DNA of 64,000 bases, from positions 14,168,162 through 14,232,161 of the forward strand of contig CM094664.1 in the NCBI GenBank assembly GCA_044231675.1, written 5' to 3'. A model generated the notes under the pieces. It searched no databases. It was not told the origin of the DNA and saw only the letters and a list, made by a program, of their open reading frames with translations. Positions 1 to 12,380 of the stretch are shown one piece after another; the stretch's first letter is position 1, and each line of letters starts with the position of its first letter. Position numbers and translations under genes: made by a program. Source of the stretch: Synchiropus picturatus. Lineage: Eukaryota.

Positions 1-849
1 GGACCCCATTTACAAATCGTGTTTCTAAACGTGTAGTCCGAAGTGCTCCCCCTAGTGGCAGGCGAATAAGATGAACGTTAAGTAAAATATTTGTCATAAA
101 TTCTCATGATGAGCCCTATATCAGGAAGTGAGGTAAAAATACATTTATTTAAATAAATGAAAAATCATTCAAGAAAGACCTGTAATCTTTAAAATTAATA
201 AATAAATCATATCCATTCATTATTTATTCAAAGTGAATAATAAAATTAATGAAAAAGAAAAGAAATGAATTTTTAAAAAGTACATTTATGACAAGAAGAA
301 CGACGAGGAAGACAAATATTTGGCCAGTCAAAGTGTCTGAGGAATATGATTACATTAAAATGGAAAAATAGTAAAAAGGAATTCAGAAGTTAAACATCAT
401 TTGCTATTTAAATGAAGAATTTGAAAATGAAAGGGACAGAAAAAAATGAAAGTGTAGTAAAATCATAATAAATGGAAGGCAAATGACATATATTTAAATG
501 AGTCTGCGGCAGGTGAGAGACACTGGGCAAATGAAGGAATCAGGTGACGAGTCTCTTTGCAGACAAAAACAGGTCATAAATTCACTGAAGAGTCAGCGTT
601 GACTTGAGTTTAATGGAGGTTAAACCTGGTGTGAGCGACAAGAGCCAGCTCTGTGAGGTCAGACATGTCAGGCACACGAGTCCCACTAGCTTCCTGTCAT
701 GACTCCTGACCAGTCACCTGAGATGAACGACTCTGAACTACAGTAGACAACTACCAAGTGCGCCCTCTGTTGGACGGTACATGCAGTAGAACAGGAGTAT
801 CAGGGTCACCCAGCCACCTCGGTGATGGACCTGTAAGTGGGCGGAGGCC

Positions 850-1160
850 CCGGGGCAGAGCCATAACTTGCTTTAGAGGTCAGTTGGAGATGGACCACTC
901 CATGATATGCTGCAGTGGTTCCACTGCGAGTCTCTCATTGATATCAGGGACCCTCAGTCTAGGACCATGTAAAGTCAGAAGCTAAAGATCTGCTCAGTGA
1001 GCTGGTGAGGGAGGGAACCGACCACCCCGCCCTCACCCCTCCTCCCTCTCCTCTCTCACCCCTCCTCTCTCTCTCCTCCTCGGTTCAGTCGCAGACTCCT
1101 CTGGAGCCGGGGAGAGTTGGTGCGCCTCTCTCCTGCCGCTGCTTCTCTCGCTCCCTCATC
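850..1160 (+). promoter_or_regulatory. Putative promoter / 5'UTR of the CNTNAP-like gene: CT-rich, CpG-rich block with Kozak context catcATGg
   Basis: GC- and CpG-rich block immediately upstream of the exon-1 ATG. No TATA box. The transcription start was not determined. Confidence 0.3.
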
Positions 1161-1245
1161 ATGGATCCGCGGACTAAAACCACCACTGGGATTATTTTTC
1201 AGATGGTCCTGCTCCTCTGGGTCTCACCCCGGACGTCAGGAGAAG
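1161..1245 (+). CDS. cntnap2: CNTNAP-like exon 1: start codon plus signal peptide (MDPRTKTTTGIIFQMVLLLWVSPRTSGE), ends phase 1
   Basis: ATG in Kozak context, hydrophobic core, GTGAGC donor at 1246. Its phase matches exon 2. Confidence 0.65.
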
Positions 1246-1633
1246 GTGAGCGGTTCGTCTGTCCGGTCGGCGTCAAAGTTCCGACTCATTTAGCGCGGTT
1301 TTATCCCGAGTCGGAGCGCTGGTTCTCCTGACCGCGCGGTGATCCGACAGCAGAATTATTCGCGTTGGCAACATTGACTTTGCTGCTCATATTTGCTGAC
1401 TAAACAAGCAGCTCTCCATGATCCGGATCATCGTGGTCCGTGGAGGATCTGAGCTTCGCACCTGAAAGTGGACCAAATCAAACATTGACTCGGCGAAGAC
1501 AGTTCATAACTGCGCGTAAAACCTGTTATCGCCGCGCTGCGTGCGTGTGCTGGGGCGCGTGTTTGAGAAGTGGATTATTGTCTGCTGCTTTTCCCACACA
1601 ATTAATTATCCGCGTCAGCTTCTCTGATCATTA

Positions 1634-1660
1634 ATGCAAATACGCATGTGACGTCACATG
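1634..1660. promoter_or_regulatory. Octamer motif ATGCAAAT (1634-1641) adjacent to 16-bp perfect palindrome CATGTGACGTCACATG (1645-1660) containing a full CRE TGACGTCA flanked by CATGTG/CACATG E-boxes, in intron 1 about 400 bp downstream of exon 1
   Basis: Both motifs read directly from the sequence. They lie inside the promoter-proximal CpG island. Confidence 0.5.
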
Positions 1661-1824
1661 TATCAGATTATCACTGATCTTTCGAGCAGGTGCTGCTTGT
1701 TCTCAGCGTTTACGCAGCATCTTCATCAGTAAAAGCCAGTTGGGGCCGAGCCCGGGAGCACGACACGTTAACCCTTATGGACCTCGAGCGTTCACACGAC
1801 AGTCGCCTCACAAACGCCACCAAG

Positions 1825-1842
1825 GTGTGTGTGCGTGTGTGT
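1825..1842. repeat. (GT)n microsatellite, interrupted
   Basis: gtgtgtgtgcgtgtgtgt. Confidence 0.9.
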
Positions 1843-4800
1843 AGGAGGTAATACTTCAAGTATGCGAGTCTGCAGCGAGCGGATTCCTTCATTCCGGAGC
1901 CAAATGTCACAAGTTTCTTTCACTCCAAAATTGTAAATGTGTGTGTTATACTGTACTTGAGGAGGAACAATAGGACGGACACAGACAGGTGGACTCAAAT
2001 ACACCTTCAACAGAGACACAGCGCTGTCATACACACCACTTCACAGATCCTTCCCACAAATAAAAACCAAGTCAATACACACACTGAAGCAGAGATGTGC
2101 GATATAAACACAGGCAGGAAGCAAGTGCAGGAACACACTGTTGCATTTGGACGTGTTTAAGTCAACACACACCGGCGCCTGTGCAGCTATCTCTGTGGGC
2201 ACATTTCATTGGCTTTCCTCAACCTCTCACCCTCAAATTCTGCAAAAATAAATGGCTAAACTTAACCAGGACTCTGAACCAAACCTATACTCAATCCTAA
2301 TGACCCATTTATTTTGACCTTTCAACCCTCAAACTGAAGGTTAACTCATGGGGACAGGTAAAAATGTTGATGTCCTCTCAAGAGCAGTTGGTGTGTTTCC
2401 AAGAATTGTTCCCCACCAGTATAGCTTAACCAGGTACACTCATTCATTTGGATTCCTCCACTACATTATAGCAGACCTGGGCAAAGTGCGGCCCAGGGGC
2501 CGTATGTGGACCTTTGCCTGTGTTTTTGTGGCCCTCATGAGGTCAGACTAAAACTATAGACTATTTTCTGTCTCGTTTCTTTCTTCGCATTACTATTTCT
2601 ACAGTAATAATAACATTTTCAGGACTAAAATTTCATTTTTTGTTCCTTAAAATACATTGAAAATTGAAATATCTATTTTGAAATTAATTTCCTTTTAATA
2701 TTTCATAGATATGTGTGCTATAGTTTTTTAAATTATTTATATTCAAATTAAATCACATATTAAATTGAATATTTTTATAGGTTTCATGCCATATTTGCTC
2801 TTTTTAATGGTTCATTTCATCCTGGTTACTTAAGATTTTTTTCTGTCACATTTCTTAGTCATTGCCACCTTCCTTTTCACATTTCAAATGTAAATGCCCA
2901 CCTTTGCATTGCACAATCCCCAGCCTCTCACCCTAAACCTACCCATCCAAAAAATCCTGACCTTAACCAGGACTCTGAACTTAAAAGAAGAAGACTTAAG
3001 ACCAATGATAATGACCCAGTTATTTTGACGGTTTAATCCTCAAATTAAGGGTTCAACTTGTGACCGGCCAAAGGTCCCCACAAAGCAAACTATCCTCATG
3101 AGAAGGTTTCCAAGAATTGGTCCCCATAAGTACAGCTAAACCAGATACACAGACACTCTCAGAAAGAGTAGGCACTGGCACGCACAAACCCAACACAAAA
3201 TGCATAACAAACATCACAAGAACGAAGTAGGGCAACCACATATACAACTACACTGTGATACCAGCTTCATAAAAACCCATGGATTTCAAGTGGCAGTCAA
3301 GGCACACACAACAATGAGTGACATAGAGAGTGAGACTTCATACACTGATACTGTAGCATGCTGTGTATATGTGAAGAAACACACGCAAGGGACAGGTATA
3401 TCTACACAAAAACACTCATGGCTATGAAGAAGGACACTGTTGCTAGAATGAAGAAACACACTGTGCACACACATGAATATTGAGAAGCAGAACAGAGGAC
3501 ACACACAGAAGAAGCCCTCACATAGTCGCTACAAACCCACACAAAAACCAAGAGTGGGATGCTACATTGTTAGTGTGTTCATCAGGGTTAGCGGATGTGT
3601 GGCGGCTCATTCGTATCAGAGCAACATGACAAAACTTCAACCCACTGAGAGGCAGAAAACGGGTCGGGATGGAACCACTGTGCGCCGGAACATGGTCCAA
3701 CATGGAGCTACACAACCAAACAGTGAATGTTTGAGTGATGGCGTCCCCTGCTGCTGACGTGCAGATACATATTTGAAGGCCCAGATGGCGCTGCGGGGGC
3801 CCCGGGGTGGCTGGGTAAGAAGATCAGTGCGTGCAGCAGCGACCCGGGGGCGGCCATGTCACAGCAGACGAACACCACGGCCGACACTCGTTCAAAGAGA
3901 TTTGGTTTATGGTGGTTAATTCCATGTTCACGCACCAGGATGGGTGATCTCACATCTGAAACCCCAGTGTTGGTCCCCGGGACACCAGCACATATGAGGT
4001 GCCGTAATCTCACCGCAGGGTCATGCTGGATTAGCTGCCGATCAAGTTTGGAATTGTACACTCACAACATACACACATCCAACTGTGTTTGAAGAAGAAA
4101 AAAAAACATAATTTTCACAAACTGGTTTGAAAACATGTTTATTTTTTCTGTTTATTTTTGCATATTCTACTATTAATTTTTGAAAATAAATATGTAATAT
4201 ATGTTGAATATGAGAAGTACATATTGATATGAAACATATATAAAAAAATTAAAATTATTATTTTTTTCCTCAGAAAAATTCCTCAAACTATAAAACATTT
4301 TTGCTACAGTGTTTATCATAAATACATGCGATCTTCTATATCTGAGTACACCTTGTTCATCTCTGGCGCTGGGGAGCGTAGCAGACCCCTCAGTTGCCTC
4401 TGGGCCTGTTATGATCTGGATAAAGCAGATGGTTGTGATAATGGGGGGCACGAGCGAGTGGGTGTTGTTCTACTTCATTCTCACATCTTCATCCATAATT
4501 GAGGGGCCGGCTGTGATGAAGAGGCTCTTCCTCCTCACCTCCTCCAGTGTGCTGATCACGTTCACTCGGACGCTCGCCTCTGTTCGTGTTCATGCACTGT
4601 GAGATTCACCTCCAAGGCTCAGTAGACCACATCTTTGTTGAAGCTCTGACCTCTGTTGCGCGGTAACGTTTGGCTCGAGGGCCACATGAGACTGTCTCAC
4701 TGAGAATATCTGGCCCTGATCGTCCGTCGTCTGTTTACTGTTTTCACTTCAAATCTTTCCTTTTTTCATCCTTATTCCACTGATATTGAAACTTTTCAAA

Positions 4801-7800
4801 ATAAAAAAAATCTCAGAGTCCGCACCATTGATAAATATTTACACCATTATTTTCTGTTTCTGTTTGTTGCTCCCCCACCCTCCAAAAAAAAAAAAGTCAA
4901 GCCAGAAATGATCTGACGGCTTTAGTTGCTTGTTTTTTCAGCTAGTGAAGTGGAACATTGCAGGTGATAAACAGAGGTTTTCAACATTCTGTTCGTGCTC
5001 CAAGAGTCAGAGGAAAGGAAACAGCAACAACAAGAATTTGAATAAATGCGCTTTAAAACTGTCCGTGGGCATGATGTCATTAGCGTTTGGGCTTCAGATT
5101 ATTCCTCTTTAATTAATCTCCTGGCCGCTGTGAGTCTCCTCTCCAGGTGAAAATTGACAGAAGCAAATGAAAAGAAAGGATGGAGCCTCCCGAGAGGAGG
5201 AAGAGAAACTCCTGACCTGCTAATTTACACAGCAGAGTTTGTTTTGGAACAGAGCAGACACCACCCCCCAGCTCAGCTACCTCACATACCCAGAAATTCT
5301 CAAAGTTATTCTTAAAGTGCTGAATATTTATGACGCAGACGTTAAACAAGAGTTGAATTCAGGACCCAAATGCAGCTCATTTTTCAGTACTCAGAATGTA
5401 AAGACCGGTGTAAGCGCCCCCTTGTGGCTCGTGAGTATAAAAATAAAATATTGAAAATATTTGCGTTGAATATCATATCATAAGAAGAAAGGAAATGCGA
5501 TAGGGTCCATTTAAAATTAAAATAAAAAACGATTGTGAAGAAGGAACAAATGAAACTACACAACAACAATATAAATTAAACAATAAGATATTTGTAAGAT
5601 ATAATATAAAAAATATTATTATTAAATTTATATTTTAAATAGAATTGTACTTGGTCAATATTTATAAAAGGAATACAATTAAAATGATATTGTAATATGT
5701 TGAAAATGGAAACAGAAAAAGAATAAACATAAGGAAATTGAAGTAACAATTACAATATAAAGACATGAAAATAAGGAAGTAACAAAGGATCAAACAAAAC
5801 CAAATGTTAGTTCTAATGCAACATCACTTTGTTGACAGAACGCCCTCGTGAGGCCCACGGGCTGTGTGCTGGACTGAAGTTTGGTCTTGTGGTTTTGGAT
5901 GTCGCTCATGGCGGCACGCCGTCACGCTGAGTCAGCAAATCGAAGGCGCTTTGTTTTGCAAAAATGTGCTTCTTGAATTTAACCGCTAGCACAACCTGTT
6001 GCTGAATATCAGCCAAGTGGCTCCGACTGTCCGCGTGGAACAAAACAGCAGTAGTTTGTTGTGACATCAGCCGACAGTTTCAGCGAAGCCTCTTGTGCAG
6101 TTTGACGGACGCTAGAATGTTGTGGTTCAGAGACCTGCTGTGACTTCAGTGGAACCCTCCCTGCTGTCGACTAGAGACGCGCGCGCCTTGTGAAAGTCAC
6201 AACAAAGCGACATGTTCCTCCGCAGCTCTCTCTCCTCATGACATTTGTTTAGTGCCCCGTCAGAGCCGCAAGCAGGTGGGTCCACGCACCAGAGAGCCAG
6301 CAGACGTCGATCTCACTTCCTGTTAGTGAGAGCGAAGCGCAACATTTGTTTCAATGAAACGCACAGCGAGGCAGTTTTATTGAGATATTCACAGACTATT
6401 CATCTTCCTCTCCGCCCCCAACCAAGTGGCTTTCAATCGAAAGATCTGCGCGTCTCAGAGTTGGGATGACGAGTCCCAGCTAGCCAGGGCACCCGCGGCG
6501 GTATTGATCCCATTGGCGCTCCTTTTGTACTTGGCATTGATCTCAGCTCGCTTTTCTTTGACGTGAAACTGAAGCCTGGATTGATTTGAGGCTCACTGCT
6601 CACAGAAAACAGGGCTGTTAAACATGGTGGTCACGAGTGGTCGTAATAGCTGGATTATTCAGAGTCAGATCAGGAGCTGGAGCGCCCATCACTTCCCGGC
6701 AGAGTGACCAAACATCGATAGGTCGCCGGTTAGCAATTAGCCGCTGATTTGCAGCGAGGCGACGCGCCGACGCCGAATAACAATTATAGAGGGGCCTGAT
6801 CGATGCTGTGTTGAGGTTCCAGTGGTCCAGGTGAGCTGCTCTCGCAGGAGCAAACATGGGAACATAAACACAGGTCGGCTGGCGCACGACAAGAGCCGCA
6901 GCATCTTAATGAGCTTTCTTTTATCTCGACGATCGGGAGCTCTGCGGGCGGAGAACACGTGGAACTAATAAAGATGATAATAATGGAAAGTAAAGAGGCA
7001 AACACGGCAAGGAATTATAGCCTTCTGGGACTGGAGGAATGTGGGCCACGACTCGTGCGTCCACACCGACACCACTTGTCAGTCCAGAGCAGCACTGCTG
7101 TGTTGTGATGCAGCAGGATGGTGAGGTTTCCCTCACTCGTGAACAAGACCCTCAGACACGGACGGGACGTTTCACTCCCTCAAAGCTTCGCCCAGGCTCG
7201 GAGCTGTCAAAGGGCCACTGTTCTTAAGAGGACTCAGGCTTAAACAGACTTAAGGTCCATGTATGCTCAACGTTACATACGGATCTGGATCGTAACTGGA
7301 CGTGGACGTAACTTTCTGCCTTCATTTCGTCCCTATTTCTGCACATTTCCACATATGTTTGTTTTGGAGTTTGTTGTTGTCATTAACTTTTGACTCTGGG
7401 CTGCGCCCCCTGGTGGATATATTGGTGAACAGCAATACCAACACAAATAACACATGGAAACATGTGATCAGTGATGGTAGCATCGTTTTAAATGGATAGG
7501 TAAAGGGACAATAAATGGGCCCTTCAGTTTAAAGAAGTATTGGGGGTCATGTGACAGTGAAAAGGGTCCTTAGTGTGGCACATCTGGTTCCTCAAAAGAG
7601 CTTTGAAGTTCTTCTCCTCCACAGGGAGACTCGAGGTGACCCGTAGTTCATCGCTCTCTCACTCGCTGCGAGGTATATTAGCATCATTAGTCGAGGATTA
7701 TACTCTTAATGTGCCTCAGATTATCTGCCGTGAGGTCGTGATATAAGTGCAGACTCAGCAGATTCTCAGAGGAGACGGACAGCGGTCCAGAGTTGGAGAA

Positions 7801-9814
7801 TCATTTCTCAGAGAGAAACTAGCGGGTGGCTCACAGGTTGTGAGAGAGACGGCATCACAGGCGATCGACCGCAACACCACGGTTATGTTCCCAGCTCCGT
7901 GAGGCGGCTGGCGACTGGCGACCATGTGAGCTCGTATTCTGCTGCGTTTTTTGGTCCATTTCTCAGTCCTGGTGAAAAAGCCGGATGAGTTTACCGCCTG
8001 GGCTCATCTGTGACTCTCAGGACAGCGTGGCTCTTTCAACACCGTTCTGGTCCACTGTTCATGTGAGGACCTCTCAGGGGAATGAAACCTCCTCAGAATT
8101 CGTCCAGCTGTAGCTTTGTTGTTCACAGTTGAGTGGTCAGGCCTCTTGGCAAGACGGTCGTGGGCTGGGATCCAGCTCGAGGCAAAGATTTTCTTGTTCT
8201 CCCTGTGAGGGGGTCCCCTGGGCACTCTGATTTCCTCCCACCGCACGAGAACATACACGGGTCGGTGACAACTCTCTCTTACGATTCGATGTGAGTGGTT
8301 GTCTGTGATGGACTGGAGACCTGTCCAGGGACTCCTGTGGCGTACAAGAACACTTCAGATTCACATGAAAGTTTAGAATCGTTCATCCACCCCAGAATCG
8401 ATTCACTAGCAACACCTTCCAACAAAGTCACTTCTAACTTGACTTTTTGGAAATCAGCGTGAAAGTCCATGGAGGGAGCCGTTTGTTGACTCTGGGCCGA
8501 GAATAATCCATCTGTTCACGGTGAGATTATCGAGGCTGCGCTGTGTTTATGAAAGCAGTAAATACGTAAGGAATCACCTGGAGGCCGATTTAAATTCAAG
8601 GATGCTAGTGCCGACTCCAAACAGCTGGCGGGGAAGCCTCACAAAAGCGCCGTCTTCTTTAAACCCCTGGGCTCGGGGGAAATATTAGGAAGGCTCCATT
8701 AAATTCCCAAAGTGTCCCTTTTCCCTCTCAGGATTACAAGACGAGCACAAAGCGCTGAGGAAAAAGTGAAAATTCAGACTCTGGTTTGGTCCTGTGGGAT
8801 TGTTTACCGTCTGGGCTGGTTGTTTTGTTGAAGCCGAGGAACATCAGACTCCGTCAAATGTAAACGTGGAGATTGATGACGGCAGAACCGGGCTGAGGGT
8901 AACTTTCCGCCATATTTCTGCCTAACAGTCGTTTATGGAAATGTGTGCGAGTGGAGCCGAATGAGACGTGATGAAGTCAAGGTTAAGAACGGAACCTGCC
9001 AGTCATGAATCTGGGTTATTAACCTGCCGCCAGAGGATTGTGAGGCACCGACCGCGACAACAAACCACCTATTTATGACTTCAGAATTCATCTCTGATGA
9101 CAGGTGTTCTGAGCTCTGATTTGTTCCCCTTTCATTTATTCCTCAACTATATCAGCTGAGCACTCATAATGACTCTCCTGGAATGTGATTTGCTCCTTTT
9201 TATTGACTTCTTATTAAAGCTTATTTTCTAAAATGTGAGCTCCCCCAAGAGGTGAAATAAAAAAATGATTTCACCACTGAAAAAATATATTATTTTAATC
9301 GCTAAATGACCCCTCTTTGCCTAATCTATTTACAATTAAAATGAAATATCAGCTATTATCATAAAGTTATGACACAATGACCTGAAATTATTTACAAAAC
9401 ATGATATACTTAAGATACAATAATGATTCTGCAATTAAAGGTTATTAAAATAAAAAAAAACAGAAAAAGACAAGAGGCTCTACATATGTCATCATAAATG
9501 TCACTACAATAAATAAGCAATGATTTTATCAGGAAGAAGAAGTATAGCTACAATCTTGAGGCTTGGACATGAAGACACTCGGATGAGAGTGTGCGTACCA
9601 TGTTGTGATGTCATTCTTCCCCGCCGCTACAAATTGTTAGCTTAAAATGCTATGCGGCTAACGAAATGCTAGCAGATGTCAGAAAGACGAGAGAGACAAC
9701 ACGCGTTTCCGCAACCATTTCTTGTTAGCGTTTCGACGACTAGCTTAGGAAGCACGTCCGCGCCACTCATATGACTCGCCCCTGAGATCCAGATCAACCA
9801 CAAAAATGATAGAG

Positions 9815-9912
9815 GCTCACACACAGTGGTCACTATGTTATCACAGAGGAAAATAAATAAGTGGGTAGTAGGGAGCAGGAGGTCATGGGTTCGAATCCCA
9901 ACACCTGTTGGC
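9815..9912 (+). mobile_element. tRNA-like fragment (B-box GGTTCGAATCC at 9883-9893; weak A-box-like AGTGGTCA upstream); probably a SINE head or tRNA pseudogene, not a functional tRNA
   Basis: GGGTTCGAATCCC T-arm motif with a pairing stem (TGGG...CCCA). I could not find an acceptor or anticodon stem. Confidence 0.3.
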
Positions 9913-11689
9913 TGAGCTGAGCTCTTCTTTCCCGCCACAGAGCCGTGACATCATCACAGGGTCCCTCGCCTTACAGCAGAAGTTACAGGCAGTAATCATT
10001 TTAATTCGGTGAATTGCTGTTGTGATGGTTTCATTTGCTTCCCCACGCAGCCTCCCACAGCCGCGTCAAACTCTCATTTCTGTTGCGGACTTTCAAGAGC
10101 ACGTCGTTGATTAATGTGGCGCTGTAAAGAGCGCGTGGGCCGCTCGCACTCGCCCGCACACGTGTCAACCATCTGTCACCGCCGGCCCTTTGACAGGAAG
10201 AGAGTCTTTTATTAGACGACTTCTCTTGATGGCTCTTTCTTATTTGATTTGCTGCAGTCGAGACGAGAGAAGGTTTAATTAAAATAGCTCCGAGGTGAAG
10301 TCACACTGGAATAATGCGTATGTATTTATTAAGATGAAGACAATTACATCTGCACTTTATCTCCACTTCCTGCTGCTGACTGGTTTCACTTGAGTTTTAA
10401 TGTGCGTTTGCATGTTTTAGTGCTGATTTTTAATATTATTTATTTGCTTTTTGGAAGTGATTCTATTTCTTTTAGCCAAAATATTTTTCTAGATTCTTTA
10501 GGAACGCTTTCTGTATATTAACATTTTTTTAAGATATAATTTTTGTTTTAATAGTTTAGTATTTGTTACATTTCAAGTTCATTTATTTCCCCCACATTTC
10601 TGGTTCTCAATTTTCTTTTACATTTTTTTCTATTTCCGACTTTTTTTCAGGTCATATACTGTATGTAAATAGATTTACTTTTTTTGATAATCATATTTTC
10701 CTCAATTTTTTTGTGTGAATCATATCACCACATTCTTAGACCACATTTTTTAAGGACATATTTTTTTGTTTTGTTTCACTTTGTTTTGACTAGTTTGATC
10801 TGCTTTTATTACCTTTTTGACTGTTATTTTTCATGTGATATTTATTTGCTTGTCTTAGAAAAATAAAAAATAGATAATTTTAAATTAAAATTAACACAAA
10901 TTTTCCCCCCTCTACATTTTTTTATAAAATAAAAGTTCAAATTTCTGTATTTTCTTCTTAAAATATTTCCAGCTTCTTATTTCACTCACGCATTTCCCAA
11001 CAGGCAATTGTTTTGCTTCTAACAGAATTTTTTTTTTGTGTCTGGTGGTGAAGGAATGTTTTTATGCTATGTTGCTAAGATTATTATCTCCTCGCCTCCG
11101 CAACATGTTCTCTCCTTCCTCCTACAATTCCTCATCAAACTTTCATTCTGAAGTGAAGCCGATCAGTCACAGCTTCACATCTAAACTGAGGAGTAGCTTG
11201 AGAGCCATAAAGAACACGGGTCTCATAATGGCTCTCCTAATTCCTCGCTACTGTCTCTTTGTTGTTTGATCAATCTGCTTTTTCAGCTCTAATGAGTGGG
11301 AATAATGATTTAATGAGTTAGCGGGGGCGGCGGAACACGCTCGGCGCCATATGCCAGACGGAGCCGCCGTCAGATTCCGCCGTCCTCCTCGATTCATTTG
11401 GCGTCAAAGGCGCTAATGAAAGCGCTCCTGCCATGTCTTCACCTTCAGGATATTAGTTAGCGCCACGACGCCCTGCATGCCAATTAATCAATTAACAAGT
11501 GGGCCACGGGCGGCCCGGAACACACACCGCTGCTGCTGAATAATGCAGGAGTCGTAAGCAGCGCGCTTGATACGGCGGATCGCACAGGGAAGTAAATGTC
11601 ACACCTGGAGTCACAACAAGAGTTTGGTCGGCTGCGTGAGGCTTGTTTATCGTGGCTTCGTCGTTCAGCCGAGACGACTTTTACCAAAA

Positions 11690-12380
11690 AATCTGAGTGT
11701 GTCAGCGAGAGGTTTTCTCATGGCGCGTATGTTTCCATGTTTTCGTGATTTCATTAGCATGTTAGCTTTCTATGTTAGCATGCGGTGTGTGAGGGGGTCG
11801 CACTTTGTGGGGTTTTCATATATCCGAGGTTCAATTCTTGTTCAGCAAAATGTAAGCTTTGTCTCTACGAGGTTTTTGTACGTGTGTGCAAGGTTTTCAT
11901 ATGTGAGAGTGCAAGTTTATGCATGATGTTGTTACATGGTAGTGCTGACATATTTTAGCGGTTCGGTGAGAGTTTTTTCTCTCGTGTGTGTGAGGTTGCA
12001 GGGAGAAATTTAGAAATATGTATATGTGACAGGTTTTCACTTGTGTGTTAGATTTTGACTTTTGTTTCAGGAGAGAGATTTTGTGTGAGAACTGCATGTT
12101 GCAACGTGTACGTGTGAGATTTTAACTTTTCCAAGATTTCCTATGCATTGTATCTGAAAGGTTTTCCACTTGTGTTCATTTGCGTGTGAGGGATTTTCCC
12201 ATTTGAATGAGGTTATGACGTTTGCACATGTTCAGGTTTAGAATGTTTGAGAGGTTTTCCTTCAGATGTGCGTAAGCTTTTCATGATTTTTCCTGTGTAT
12301 GAGAGTACCACGTATGTATGTGTGTGAGATTCTAACAGGTTTTAGCACGTGTGAGAGGTTGTTTTATGTGAGTGTATGTT
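11690..12380. repeat. Degenerate minisatellite in CNTNAP intron 1 with motif GTGTGAGAGGTTTTC(C/A)
   Basis: Repeated gtgtgagaggttttc / caggttttcacttgtgtg / gagggattttcc units throughout this block. Confidence 0.7.

Noticed and set aside
9669-9938. 89-aa ORF on the - strand overlapping the tRNA-like fragment
   Set aside because: Chance ORF across a repeat. No homology, and the GCTAGC/GTTAGC word-rich DNA is stop-poor.
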